Origin: Octopus vulgaris
Taxonomy: Eukaryota
Length of the DNA: 64,000 nucleotides
Direction of reading: 5' to 3'
NCBI GenBank assembly: GCA_951406725.2
Contig: OX597823.1
Coordinates: forward strand, 4,898,001 to 4,962,000
Part shown: positions 51,340-64,000 of the stretch, one piece after another
Position numbering within the stretch: the stretch's first letter is position 1
Layout: the number at the start of each line of letters is the position of its first letter
The notes under the pieces: model-generated
The model's input: only the letters and a program-made list of their open reading frames with translations
What the model was told of the DNA's origin: nothing
Database searches by the model: none
Translations under genes and position numbers: made by a program

Positions 51340-51719
51340 CGTGGTTCCAGTGATAATAGTTTTGTACAAAAAGTACTAGAGATTTCCAAGTTATTTAAAT
51401 TGATCCCATCAGTGCCACCATCACGGCATCACGAATAACACCACCATCATTCTAACCACAATCAACACTGTTACCACTGCTACCACCACCATCACCATCA
51501 CCAACATCATTATCATCCTCACAACCACCACCACTAAAAACTACCAGATTAACTACAAATGTTTAGAGTTTAATTCTCATATAACGTTTCAGAATGAACC
51601 TGCATTCACCACATAACTTATGATTGCTTGAAGAGGGTTGTGTATCTACTTCAATCTTTGGAATTATATTCCCTCTTGAACAACTGATATCCTCATAAAT
51701 TACATCATTCCCTTATGGA

Positions 51720-52000
51720 AATGGGTTACCACGTTAAGTGTTCCAGTTGACTGGATCAACAGAACAGCCTGCTTGTGAAGTTAATGTGCAAATGGCTGAG
51801 CACTCTTAGCATAGTTCTCAGGGAAATTCAACATGACCCAGGATGTGACAATGCTGGTCCTTTGAATTATAGGTACAATTCACTTTTGCCAGTTAAGTAG
51901 ACTGCATCAACAAGAAATAAAGTGTCTTGCTCAAGGACACAACATGCTCCAGGAATTGAACTTGTGATCTTACAATTGTGAGCTGAATGCTCTAACTACT
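51720..52000 (-). mobile_element. tRNA-derived SINE family C
   Basis: Reverse complement of the 55625-55920 family (GTGTCCTTGAGCAAGACACTTTATTTC core). Confidence 0.7.
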
Positions 52001-52116
52001 TAATTCCTTTATGCACATCAATTGCAAGGAGTACATAAATACACAAATATTTCATAGATTGCAGTTTCAATACCAACCATCTTCAACTCGAGAACATCAT
52101 CATCATCATTATTTAA

Positions 52117-52338
52117 CCCTTTTGATTCCAACCCAGCTGAAACTGCTTCTGGATCTGTAGTACAAATGTCTTGTTTTCAAAAGTTCTGAATTAAAATCTT
52201 CCACCAAACCTTAGTCACAATTTATGTTCCTAACACTAGCTTAATGATAACTAAGGTATTTTACTGAATTCTTTGTTACATTTAAAATTAATTGAAAGAA
52301 ACACAGAGCACCTCAACAGAAATATGGTAACAAAAGGG
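52117..52338. mobile_element. piggyBac-like MITE inserted at TTAA in an RTE tail
   Basis: TTAA|CCCTTTTGATTCCA ... TGGTAACAAAAGGG|TTAA; the RTE tail continues on both sides. Confidence 0.88.
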
Positions 52339-52514
52339 TTAATGTCTGCTTTCCATGCTGACATGGGTTGGATGGTTTGACAGGATCTGGTTAGCCATAG
52401 GGCCGCATTTGAGAAATTACCAGCCTGACTTCTCTCTCTCAATCCTGTAACAACATCTTTTATCTTCGACTTAATAATTTTATGCCTTTTTTTCTAAGGT
52501 TTAGTCAAATTAGA

Positions 52515-52885
52515 TGCATGTGTAGCTGTGTGAATAATAAAATCACTTCTGAACCTCGTGGTCTTGGGTTCAGTCTTTATGTACAATACCTTGGGTGAGT
52601 ATTTTCTACTCTGCTCCTGGGCTAACCAAAGCCATGTGAGTAGATTTGGTAGATGGAAACTGAAAAGAAACCCATTGTGTGTGTGTGTGTGTGTCTTTGG
52701 TCCCTTTGCAATTGCTTGACAACTGGTGTTGATTAGTTTATGTCCTTTTAATTAATTAACGGTTTAATTAAAAGAGACTGATAGAATAATTACCATATTT
52801 ACAAATAAGTACTGGGTTTGATTTGTTTGACTTAATCCCAGTATGGTCTCAGTCCAACGACTGAAACAAGTAAAAGATAAAAGAT
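52515..52885 (+). mobile_element. Diverged SINE family A
   Basis: Head, core and tail motifs. Confidence 0.75.
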
Positions 52886-54624
52886 AAAGAAGAGCAGCTC
52901 CCAGTGACCCTTTTTTAGGCCTTCTGAGATTAGTGGAAGTGATTCTCAGAACAGAGACCTACCCTGAATGCATGCAACAGTGTATTCCACTAAAGTCACC
53001 TAAGGGCCAGCTATCTAAGGTATCTTATACACTTGGTCTTTGCATTCAGGCATCTTTAATGTAACCTGACCCCAACATTCTGTATTACATACTCTCTAAT
53101 CCTTCATCAAGAAGTGAAAAATTTTACTTTGGGATCTATCTCTGCCCCCTGTTATCTCGCCAAACACAAACATGCTACAATTCAAACAGAACCTTAGCAC
53201 ATAAACCATATTTATCTCAGTCTAGAAAACCCCACTCCTATCTGAAAATCAAGGACAATGATATCTTTACCTATACAGAATAACTATTAGCTAATAAATA
53301 TTACAGATATTGTTGTCGTTTAGCTTTGGTTAAGTTTGTTTAAGCAAACCCAATATCAGAAACATTCCAGCCACGACCATCTTTTCTTTTTAGAAGTATC
53401 TAAAGTTACATTATTCAATTCGTCCTTCTTGTTTTCAAAGTTATATGATGTGATTTTCATGGAGTTTTGGCAGCTATTCCTTGCAGGTCTATTGACCATA
53501 TAAAAGCCCCTTCATAACATCTTGTTATTTATACACAAAAGGTTAAAAAAAACCCACCACAAGCAATACTTAGGGATATTGATGGATCAAACACATATGT
53601 ATAAAGAGATTAGAGTGTTACCCATCATTCAACAGGTGACTTTAGAAATATGCTTTTGCTATCAAAAACTATGGCATACATTCAATAATTAAAATTTAGC
53701 GTTTAATGATTTTCTTCATAGAACATTGGTGGTTTAGGAATTGAGAGAATAGAAAGCTCTTAGTGTTTACATACAGAATAGTAATCTTTCCTGGGAATTA
53801 TACCTTATGAAAGTGTCTTAGAGTAGCCAATAATTTTAGTTTTGGTTAAAATAACTTCACCAGCTGTTTTTTGATGTTTACCATTCCTTTTGTCATTGCT
53901 GATTCAAGATTTATGTTGTTGAAATTCAATGCAGAGAATGAATGAATGCCAGAGGTTTTGCTTTCAGGCAAACAATTTTTGATGTGATTACGAGGCAGGC
54001 AGGAATATTACCATTATCAAAGATGTAAACAGTTAGGAATTGGTCCAGCATTCATTAAGAAATTTAAAGTAATTTATCTTCATAAAATAACAACAAAGTA
54101 AATTAAAAGATAACAAAAAAAAAACAAAGAAACAAAAACAAGGAAAATAAAAATGCAAAATGATGAAAATGATGCTAAAAAAATAAATTTAGCGGAAAAT
54201 TTGGAGAGCTGAATTTTGATCTCAGTAGCAGAAAAAAAAACCCCCCAGAAAAGAAGGGAAGAAAACAAGAAAAATTAACAAATAATAATAATAATAAATA
54301 AAATAGAAGAAACTAAAAAAAAAGGGGGACAATGAATAAATTAAGAAACAGAATGGTACCATGGCACCATTGTTGTTAAATTACAACAGATAATGACCCT
54401 CTCCACCCTGTAGCTATTTTATCTATCTCTTGTTTCTTCTCTATAATACGACCCCCCCCTCCCAAACCATCACTATTTATCTGTCTGTGGTTCCACCTTC
54501 TGTATAATATGACACTATCAATAATGATGTTATTTGGGAAAGAGGAAAGCTGGTTCAGCACAAAGTGTTGTGGGAGGTTCGACTGTTAAGTGTCAAAACT
54601 ACTGTGCTGGCTGCTGGCTACTGA

Positions 54625-54656
<32 letters not shown>

Positions 54657-54764
54657 CATGTATATTATATGTATGTTAATTGTATGTCATATGTGTATAT
54701 ATTATATTATACATGTATATTATATGTATATATATGTACTCGTATATTATGTATATTATATATA

Positions 54765-55123
54765 TCTCTATATATATAAATGGCAAAATGTCTGTGTGTG
54801 TGTCCTTTATACAAATCCACAATTTTTCAGTTATAGGGCTCGCACTTTCTATGGTGATTCAAAACCGTCCAAGGGTGGTTGTGCACATCTTTATATTTCC
54901 CCAGTCACCCCGCAAAGCCATTAAAAAATCAATAGAAGTGACTTTTTTTGTGAATTTTCTATCCAAAATCCAATGCCCAAAACTTGATACGCCAATTGAA
55001 TGCCAGCTAGCTGTATGTGATTGGTCGGAGATTTGGACAGTACTCGCATGTATGTGTGCATGCACGCAGCTGTATATGCATGCACTAGCACTATGACCCG
55101 GCATTGCCAGGTCATAGTGCTAG
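54765..55123 (+). mobile_element. Non-autonomous Helitron-like element with an extended 3' palindrome
   Basis: A|TC start, CTAG|T end, 20-bp-arm hairpin at 55084-55124. Confidence 0.8.
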
Positions 55124-55154
55124 TATATATATATATATATTATATGTATTATTG

Positions 55155-55203
<49 letters not shown>

Positions 55204-55624
55204 TGTATATATTGTATATATTATTGTGTATGTGTATATATATATATATATACACACACACAATAAACGTTTTTATGAATATTATCTATACATATATATG
55301 TATATACATAGATATATGTATGTATGTTTATATGCATGCTCATGCATACACTGATAAATACACACGTACATACATACTATATACATACACACCCACACAC
55401 ATAATATACATAACATATATTGAAAGAATCTTAGGAAAGAAACAGAATACGTAGACATTTTAAGTGAAATAGTTATCAGGATAAACACATTGCCCTGTCT
55501 ATCAAATATATTTTCCTTTTACTGGTTTCAGTAACTGATTTAACAAATGTATTTAGCTCAAGATAGTCCTCAGCATTCTGAGGTATCATCTTCAGAGATC
55601 TTTAATTATATCATACACAGATAG

Positions 55625-55920
55625 TGAAGGCACGTGGCTTGGTGGTTAAGGTATTCTGCTCATGATCCTTAGCTCATGAGATTGATTCCTGATGGAATGT
55701 TGTGTTCTTGAGCGAGGCACTTTATTTCATGTTGTCCCAGTCTACTCAGCGGGCAAAAAATGAGTTGTACCTGTATTTTAAAGGGCCAGCTTCATCACAC
55801 TCTGTGTTAAAAGTATGTGTGTCTGTGAAGTGCTCAGCCATTTGCATGTGAATTTCACGAGCAGGCTGTTCTGTTGATCGGATCAACTGGAACCCTCATT
55901 GTCATAACTGATGGAATGCC
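55625..55920 (+). mobile_element. tRNA-derived SINE family C
   Basis: GGCACGTGGCTTGGTGGTTAAGG A box, ATTGATTCC B-box remnant, TTCTTGAGCGAGGCACTTTATTTC core. Confidence 0.7.
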
Positions 55921-57182
55921 GCCAGTTAGTTACCTTGATAGTATTTAGTCGGATGATCATTTTTATTGATCCCTATTTTATGAATGACTGAATTTATCTT
56001 GAGCTATGTCCATTGTAGGGAGTTACTTCCCCTCAGAGAGTATGTACCACTAGGAAGTTACACAGCATCACACATACATTGAATAATATATCATGTATAT
56101 AACGTACTCTCTAGGTTATAGTAGCAGTGAACCAGCTTTTGGTGGAATTGAACCAAGAACTCAGTGGTTTGAAAGTAAATGTTTTATCCACACAGTCATA
56201 CATTTTGGATGATCAAAAAAATAAGAAAATTTCTTTATTATATTTCTTTTAATTTTTAACTTTTTTTACATAGCACCTTGGCCAAGTGTCTTCTACAATT
56301 GCCCCAGGCTAACCGAAGCCTTATGAGCGAATTTGGTTGATGGAAAGTTTTTGAAAGCCCATTGTGTCTGTGAGTGTGTGTGTCTATGTGATTGTATTAC
56401 TCACCCCACCAACTGCTCAACAACCAGTTATGGTGTATTTGCATCCTCATACCTTTCCAGTTTGGCAAAAGAGACTGATAAAATAAGTGGCTAACTTTAA
56501 AAACATGAAGTACTGGGGTTGATTTGTTTGATTAAGAAATACTTCACGGCAGTGCTCCAGCATGGCCATAGTCCTGTGACTGGAACAAATAAAACAAAAA
56601 GTTAAACCAATACAATGGTGAATGTTAGGAGTTGCATACTTTCTCAAAATCTACATCATATTGCCTTAAATATAAAAAAAAGGTTAAGTAATGTTATCCT
56701 AAAAGATGGGATGGTCGCAGCTGGAATGTCTTTGGTCATATGTTTTCTAGAACAGAGCTAACCAGTGGCTTGACAACAATAGCAAGAATAATTTCCAAAA
56801 TTGGTAGTTATGTAACCTCTTATGCTACACATTGAAAATATTTGAGGTTTTTATAATGTAAAAATATTCACTTATCAGTGTTGGCTTGGAAGGCCATGCC
56901 TGGATAGTTTCTCCTCCAGGGCACAGATCTGAGTGTAAAGCATTTTATGGAAGATTAGCAGTTGGCCATGTAGCAAGTCTACCCTTTCTACACCACTAAA
57001 GTTTACCAACATTATCACAGGTGAACTGAGAATGTAAATAACCAGAACAAACCCTGGCCTTTGTTTGTTCAATGCTCTAACAACTCACCCAGTTTGCCAT
57101 CTTGGACTGGTGGGGACTTTATTTTATTGCAAGATGAAATGCAAAGTGGATCTCAGTAGGACTTGAACTCAGAACATAAATA

Positions 57183-57535
57183 AGTGCAGTTGTAGCTGTG
57201 TGGTAAAAAGTTTACTTTCCAATTACATGGTTCCAGGTTTGGTCCCACTGCATGGTACCTTGGGCAAGTGAATTTCTACTATAGTCTCAAGCTGGCCAAA
57301 GTGTTCTGAGTGGATTTAGCAGATGGAAACAGAAAGAAGCCCATCGTGTGTGTGTTTGTCCTTCACCACTACTTGAAAACTGGTGGTGTGTGTTTATGTC
57401 TCTGTAACTTAGCAGTTTGGCAAAAGAGACTGACAGACTAAGTACCAAACTTAAAAAATAAGTACTGGGGTTGATTTGTTCAACTAAAAACTCTCCAAGG
57501 TGGTACACCAGCATGGCCACAGTCTAATGAGCCAA
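57183..57535 (+). mobile_element. SINE family A
   Basis: Head, core and tail motifs; appears inserted in a minus-strand SINE B. Confidence 0.8.
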
Positions 57536-57769
57536 AATAAATACTGCCAGGCATTTTCTCTCTTTTTTGTCCAACACTCAATATAATTTACTCTATCTGC
57601 CATCTTAGATTAGTAGGTCTGTAAAGTTTATTGAAAGGTGAAACACAAATTTGACCTTGTTGGGATTTGAACCCAGAAAATAAAGAGCTTTAATAAATAC
57701 TGCAAGGCATTTTGTCCAACACTAACAGCTTTGCCAATCCACTACCTATTGTTATATTTTCAGCATTAA

Positions 57770-57987
57770 CCTTTTAGTATTTAAACTGGCCATATTAGGC
57801 TCAAATACTTTCTCTGTTTTATTTTAAACTAGCCTGATCTAGCCTCTCACACCTATCCTACAATGTCATTCTAAAAATAAACAACCACATCATTGTAATC
57901 TTGAAGGTACAAGATAATACTTGATGTATTAAAGACAAGCAAATAAATAAGCATTACATTTGATAGAGTAATCCAAATGCTAAAGGG
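57770..57987. mobile_element. TTAA-type MITE (second family)
   Basis: TTAA|CCTTTTAGTATTT ... AAATGCTAAAGGG|TTCA. Confidence 0.65.
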
Positions 57988-58799
57988 TTCATAGATATAA
58001 GAAACACAGGGGAAATTCCAAAGGTTTTGTGTTCTAAAAAATGTCTACAATTCAATTTCCACTTTTTTTCTATCTTGGATCTTGGTTTCAGTTATGTCAC
58101 TAATATCACTAAAAAAGTCATGTGTTTCTCCCAGTCTTGTATTTGACCATCCTTAAACATTTTAGGCTTGAAATCTTGGAAAAATTATTTAAACGATAAT
58201 GAATGAATATGAGAGTCTCTGTGTGGCTGCTCATCAACTTGCTAGAAACAACAGTTATATCTCTCTCAAAATTACATCTTACCATTTTGACAAAGGAAGG
58301 CACGCTTAATAATGTAGTCCTAGATACACTAATGGTAAAAATGAAAAAGTAGGATGATCATTGCTGAAAACGTTTTTGATCTATTGATTGATTTATGTGA
58401 TCATGGCTGACCTGGTGTTAAACGACAATAACAACGATGAATATATTTTCCTTTGTAAGTAAATCAATTTTGATAAGTGTTCAGGATATTGACGAGTCGA
58501 TGATATTGTTTTGATTGGTTTTTCTGAGAGAAATAACAAAGTCTTTGTTGTTGGTATTTGATGTTGATGAAAGGGTGTTGTGTTGTGTATCATTACCATC
58601 AGCTGACTTTGTCACAACTATCAACACCACCACCAGCACTGACATCATCATCATCATCATCACAACCACAACCCTCGCCATAAACACCATCACAATCCAC
58701 ATCAACAGCACCTTTACCACCAGCACTGTCATCACAACCATCACCACCACCACCACCACCACTACAATCACACTGATGCCATGCCACCACCACTACACA

Positions 58800-59212
58800 T
58801 ACCTATTTCTTTACTACCCACAAAGGGCGAAACACAGAAGGGACAAACAAGGACAGACAAACAGATTAAGTCGATTAGATCGACCCCAATGCTGGTACTT
58901 AATTTATCGACCCCGAAAGGATGGAAGGCAAAGCTGACCTTGGCGGAATTTGAACTCAGAACGTAAAGACAGACGAAATACCTATTTCTTTACTACCCAC
59001 AAGAGGCTAAACATAGAGGCGACAAACAAGGACAGACAAACGGATTAAGTCAATTACATCGACCCCAGTGCATAACTGGTACTTAATTTATCGACCCCGA
59101 AAAGATGAAAAGCTAAGTCGACCTCGGCAGAATTTGAACTCAGAACGTAATGACAGATGAAGCACGGCTACGCATTTTGCCCAGTGTGCTAATGTTTCTG
59201 CCAGCTCACCGC
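58800..59212 (-). mobile_element. SINE family B with tandemly duplicated 3' portion
   Basis: CCTATTTCTTTACTACCCACAA...GAACTCAGAACGTAA occurs twice (58802 and 58981); single head at about 59210. Confidence 0.85.
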
Positions 59213-60513
59213 CCTTGTTAGGTCATGTGGGGTGGTGGGAGAGAGAAGCATAAAACAAGGCATGAGAATGGCTAAGAAGTTTAACAAACATATTGCTTTC
59301 CAACATTTGGAGCAAGTGTCTTTTCCATTGAATTTGAATTGAGTGAAGCTTTTTGAATGAAACTTAGATAGAAAATGTGAAGAAAACCTTTGGCTATACT
59401 ACTTTTCTTCTTGGGTGCTTGACTTAATCTAGTTTCACATCAACAATTTTAGCTGAGGCGACCCTATTGCAAGTATTTAGACGAGACATTTGGTCTGAAG
59501 TTGACACAATATCTTTTGTCTGAGCTTTACTCAATATCTAAGTATGCAGCTTCCTACTAGGGCAACCCATGGTTCATAATTTCTCCCTGATGCTGCCCCT
59601 TGTATGATTGTCTCTTGGAAACCCCTAAAAACAAAAAGTCTTAGGTACTGTTTTGTGCTGTGTGTGTGTGTGTGTGTGTGTGCAGTATTAGATAATACAA
59701 TTGTTATATAAAAAATGTATAACAGAGAAAACTAACTCATATGATCATATATACCAGAATATCATGAATACATCCAGGATTCAACTCTCCATATACTTGT
59801 TTTTTATTTCCTTCTTGTTTTTTCTCATGTTTTCTCTGAGTCTGGTATCCTGGTTTTTAAATATATCTAAGCCTGAAAGATTGCTTGGAAAAACATGACA
59901 TGTTTTTTATATGTATATATATATATCCCAATTTGATGTATTTTAAGGCATGAAACTACTAGTAACTCTTTTGCTGTTGTGTATATTAAATGATATTTCT
60001 CTCTCACTGGATGGAATATTTTTTTTTGTTGATCCTACCTATAAAGGCCCTGTAAACTATATATGTATATATATATATATATAATGTTCCTATCCGTACA
60101 CAAACACCTTGTGTTCTGTTCAGATTGTAATGTAAAAAGAGAAGTGTAGACATGTGTATTGTTTGTTAGTCCTCAGAGTCTAAATGCGAGGTTACTTTGA
60201 TGAGAATAACATTACTGACAAACGAGGAAGATGTTGATGATGACAATGATGATGACAATAGTGTCAATGATGATGCCAGCAATGATGACGATGGAGGTAG
60301 TTGTGATGATAATTATAATGGTATATGCTGGGTGGGGTAGGGGTGTACAGATGGAGATGTTGCTGATGGTAACAATGATGATTGTGGTGATGGTTGTGGT
60401 GATGGTTGTGGTAATGACAACAACAACGGTGATGGTGGTGGTGATGGTACTGTGTAAACAATTCAGACAGTTATAAAGCCATGTAGTGTAATGTTTGCCT
60501 TAACTCTGTGCAG

Positions 60514-60515
<2 letters not shown>

Positions 60516-60544
<29 letters not shown>

Positions 60545-60545
60545 C
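60516..60545. repeat. (CTG)n trinucleotide run next to a (GAT/GGT)n low-complexity tract
   Basis: Read directly from the sequence. Confidence 0.95.
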
Positions 60546-61504
60546 AGAAAGAACATCATTCTCTCCAGCTAAGGCAATTGTAAAACAACAGAAGAAGCAG
60601 TCAAACCACTGGTGGTGATGTGTTTCCACCATTGAAACTTGTTTAAAAAACAAACAAAGCAAAAACTCAAATCCCCGCCATGTTTGTGGCTCATTAAACG
60701 ACCATCACAGGGCAATGCTTGTTTAATAGCTTCAAAGGGTTTTTTTTTTTTTTTGGTAGGGGTGGTGGCACTGGAGACTGGACAAACTAGTTTCTTTGAT
60801 CTTTAGTAAAATAGGCAATCACTCAGTGTGGGATTTTCACCCTGGCAGGGCAAGTGATAGGACATGGGGTAGGGTCTTTTTAACCACTTTATCTCAATAC
60901 AACATGCGTAGACTGAATTATCACCATCATACATATATGCATCACCATTATCATCATCGTTTAATGTCCACTTTCCTATGTTTGCATAGGTCAGATGGAA
61001 TTTGTTGAGGTAGATTTTCTATTGCCTGGATGCCCTTCCTGTCACCAACACTCACCTGTTTCTAAGCAAGGTAATATTTCTTTTGGCCAGACATGTTTTT
61101 CATGGAAGATTGGAAACAAACTTCACTTGTATGATGATGATGCTCATTTACAAGCATCATATGCTGCCAAGACGAAAGTACACACACACACACTTCTTTC
61201 AGTTACCATTTACCAGGTCTGTTTAGAGTTTTTGGGATTATAGCAGTAGATATTTGGCCAAGTTGCTGTGCAGTAGGACTGAGCCCGAGGCCACATTATT
61301 GGAAAGCAAGCTTCTCAACCACACAGCCTATATAGACATTTAATTCTTGTTACCAGTTTTCTTGGAATGAAAGAATTAACATTTTTTTGATTTTAATAAA
61401 ATAATTCATGAGGTGCACATGGAACAGTGAGAATCCAAACAATGGTGCATACATTCTTTCTTAATACATTATGGCAGATTTGAATGGGAATTTCTTATTC
61501 TTAT

Positions 61505-61697
61505 CTGGCCCCTGTGCCGGTGGCATGTAAAAAGCACCCACTACACTCACGGAGTGGTTGGCGTTAGGAAGGGCATCCAGCTGTAGAAACACTGCCAGAT
61601 CAGACTGGAGCTTGGGCAGCCTCCTGGCTTCCCAGACCCCGGTCGAACTGTCCAACCCATGCTAGCAGGGAAAACGGACGTTAAATGATGATGATGT
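61505..61697 (+). mobile_element. RTE-type 3' end with 1 VNTR unit
   Basis: CTGGCCCCTGTGCCGGTGGCATGTAAAAAGCACC followed by the tail. Confidence 0.88.
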
Positions 61698-63229
61698 TTT
61701 ATGTCATTAAAGAACACCTCTTCCCTTTAGATCAGTGGTTTTCAACCAGGGTCCATATAGCCCTTGGAGATCTAAATAAGATTTTGTTGTTAAAATTTAT
61801 GTACAATGAATTGGTTTTACTTCTACAAAACACAAAATATTTCAATTTCTTTTTGTTATGGCAAGAATCATGATACCCCCTGTGAGAATGGGCCAGCCAA
61901 ACTCATATAAGTAGCAGCGTGTTTGACTGAGAGCTAGTGATGAGAAATCGCAGGAAGTCGAAAGGTATCATTTGTGAGTTTGTGGAGTCACAGGAAATTG
62001 TTAGAGTTCATTAAGAGTTGTTTTGGATTGGTTACAGTTGTTGGTATTTGGGAATACATCAAGTGGAGGCAGTTGGTGTCTACCCTGTTCCATGGTACTA
62101 TATATCACACTGTATTAGTACAAGACACTCAGGTGACATATACAGAAACCACATTATAACATTTTTTAATAATATTTAATTATAAAAATATAATGTGATT
62201 ATTCAAACATCAAATGGCAATGGGAGGGCACCCAAGTAAAACAGGAATCAAAGGGACCCCTTTGGTTGTGAACCACTGCTTTAGATGATGTGTGTTTATG
62301 ATACATGATTGATTGATTTAAAGAGGACTGCAGCACACCACCACCACACCCATCACCACTACCACAACCACCACCACCACCACCACTACACCCACCACCA
62401 CCACCACACCCACCACCACTACACCCACCACCACTACAACCATGAACATTCTGCGACAAACATTCAGGTGAAATCTTGTTCTTGTCCCGTCCATGTATTT
62501 TCTTTGTAATCACTGACAGTGAATGTGTTTAAGGTGGAGGACATTTGTCATGTCAGTGTCATTGGTCTGGGGTTGCATGAGAAATCACAGGGTGGGCCAT
62601 ATACCTCTTTCCCTAACTAATTTATGAAACAAATATAATCCAAAAGAATATAATGCAAGTTTTTTGGTAACCTCCCTAATGCTGGTCATATGAAAAACGT
62701 ACCCAGTCCACTCTGTAAAACAGTTGATGCTGGTAAGGGCATCCTGCTGTAGAAGCCATGCCAAAACAGACATTGACGTTTGATGCATCCCTGTGGCTTG
62801 TTGGATCCTGTCAAAGTGTCCACCCATGCCAGCATGGACAGTGGATGTTAAATGACAATGATGATGGTGATGATGAATCCATCTATGGGAAATTTGCAAT
62901 TTAGACAGAAATAACTGTCTAGCCACCATTGTCTACCTTTTTAAATATCCAATCAGCCTTTTTATAATTTTTTTTACTTTTGCTGGCCACCCTTCTAGTC
63001 AAGAATAGACAAAGGCTTGGGCCACCAATGGAGCCTGAAAGTGGTCACTCAATTTGCTAGAAATAGCAATCAAATTTTCCTCAAATCGCATTGTATCATT
63101 TGAAAATATGATGGGAAAAAATACAAAGAAAATGTAGGCTGGATACAGTGTTTAAAAAGAACTGTTGGCATGCTTTTGATCTTTGGTCTGCTCAGTCAGA
63201 AGTGTGAGGGGTAAGTGGGGATGGGGTCT

Positions 63230-64000
63230 AAGCAGCAACAATGGCAGTAATAACAACAATAAGTAGAGAAACAACTGCAACAACAACAACAACAACAACA
63301 ACGTTCACAAAGGCAATAACAATAATAACAGCAACAAGAACAATACTTACAACAGCCAACCAACTGTGCAACCGGCCAATTTAACCTGCCACCCCACTAA
63401 TACCCAATACCCCCTTCCTCTAAACTCCTCCCCACCACTCTGTCTTTGTTTACTGGACTTAACAGCAGGACTATAGAATGTTTTGTCAGGCTACACAGGA
63501 AAACCTGTTATTTTATTTACTTCACATACCACCACCACCACCACCAACTTCACACTACAACCAACTCTACAAACACCACTACCACCACCACCACCATCAC
63601 CCCTTACAGAGTTATCCCTTTTACACCATATCATCACCACAAGGTTATCACACATGCTGCTGTTGCTGCTGCTACTACTCCACTATTAACCTCTTACCAC
63701 ACCCCATCTATCACTCTCCACTACCCTACTCCCTCATCTACCCACACATCTACCTCACATCAACACTCTTCCCATCCTTCACTCTCACCCCCACTTCCCT
63801 CACTGAGCAATATCACCTCTCTTATTCCATCCTTGTCAGTTCCTCTAAGCTCTTTCTGTTTTTATCACTTTACTTTTGTTATCAATAAGGATGATGGTGA
63901 TGATGATAACTGTGATGATGATGATGGCTGTGATGATGGTGAGGATGATGGTAATGATGGTAATGATTATGATAATGGCGATGATGATGCTGATGATTAC
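63230..64000. repeat. Low-complexity (AAC)n/(CAC)n/(GAT)n tracts
   Basis: Read directly from the sequence. Confidence 0.85.

Noticed and set aside
60471-60662. PolyQ-containing exon
   Set aside because: Short CTG microsatellite with no convincing splice sites or homology.
61925-61975. Hammerhead-like GTGATGAG...CGAAA
   Set aside because: Core mismatch and no stem I/II pairing.

Overview
This is AT-rich, microsatellite- and transposon-saturated animal genomic DNA. The mix of tRNA-derived SINEs and RTE tails looks like an octopus or other coleoid cephalopod genome (inference from repeat content, not verified). I recognise no conserved host protein gene, rRNA, true tRNA or CRISPR array, and nearly all ORFs in the track are repeat or microsatellite artefacts. 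Supported content: a decayed RTE-clade LINE (6.2-9.1 kb) with a nested young CR1 piece, many 5'-truncated RTE 3' ends, CR1-group and HERO-like LINE remnants, four Tc1/mariner elements with both TIRs plus fragments, Helitron/Helentron non-autonomous elements, several MITEs and about four SINE-like families. Most notable: (1) a C4HC3 PHD finger embedded in the RTE reverse-transcriptase region; (2) a hairpin-rich variable-number minisatellite in the RTE 3' UTR (0 to about 17 units, one array with 245-bp higher-order structure); (3) two near-perfect palindromes; (4) several degenerate Penelope-type hammerhead motifs; (5) a roughly 10-kb CpG-retaining domain between CpG-depleted flanks; (6) a weak two-exon minus-strand orphan gene candidate. 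Coordinates were counted by hand; boundaries of old repeats are approximate.
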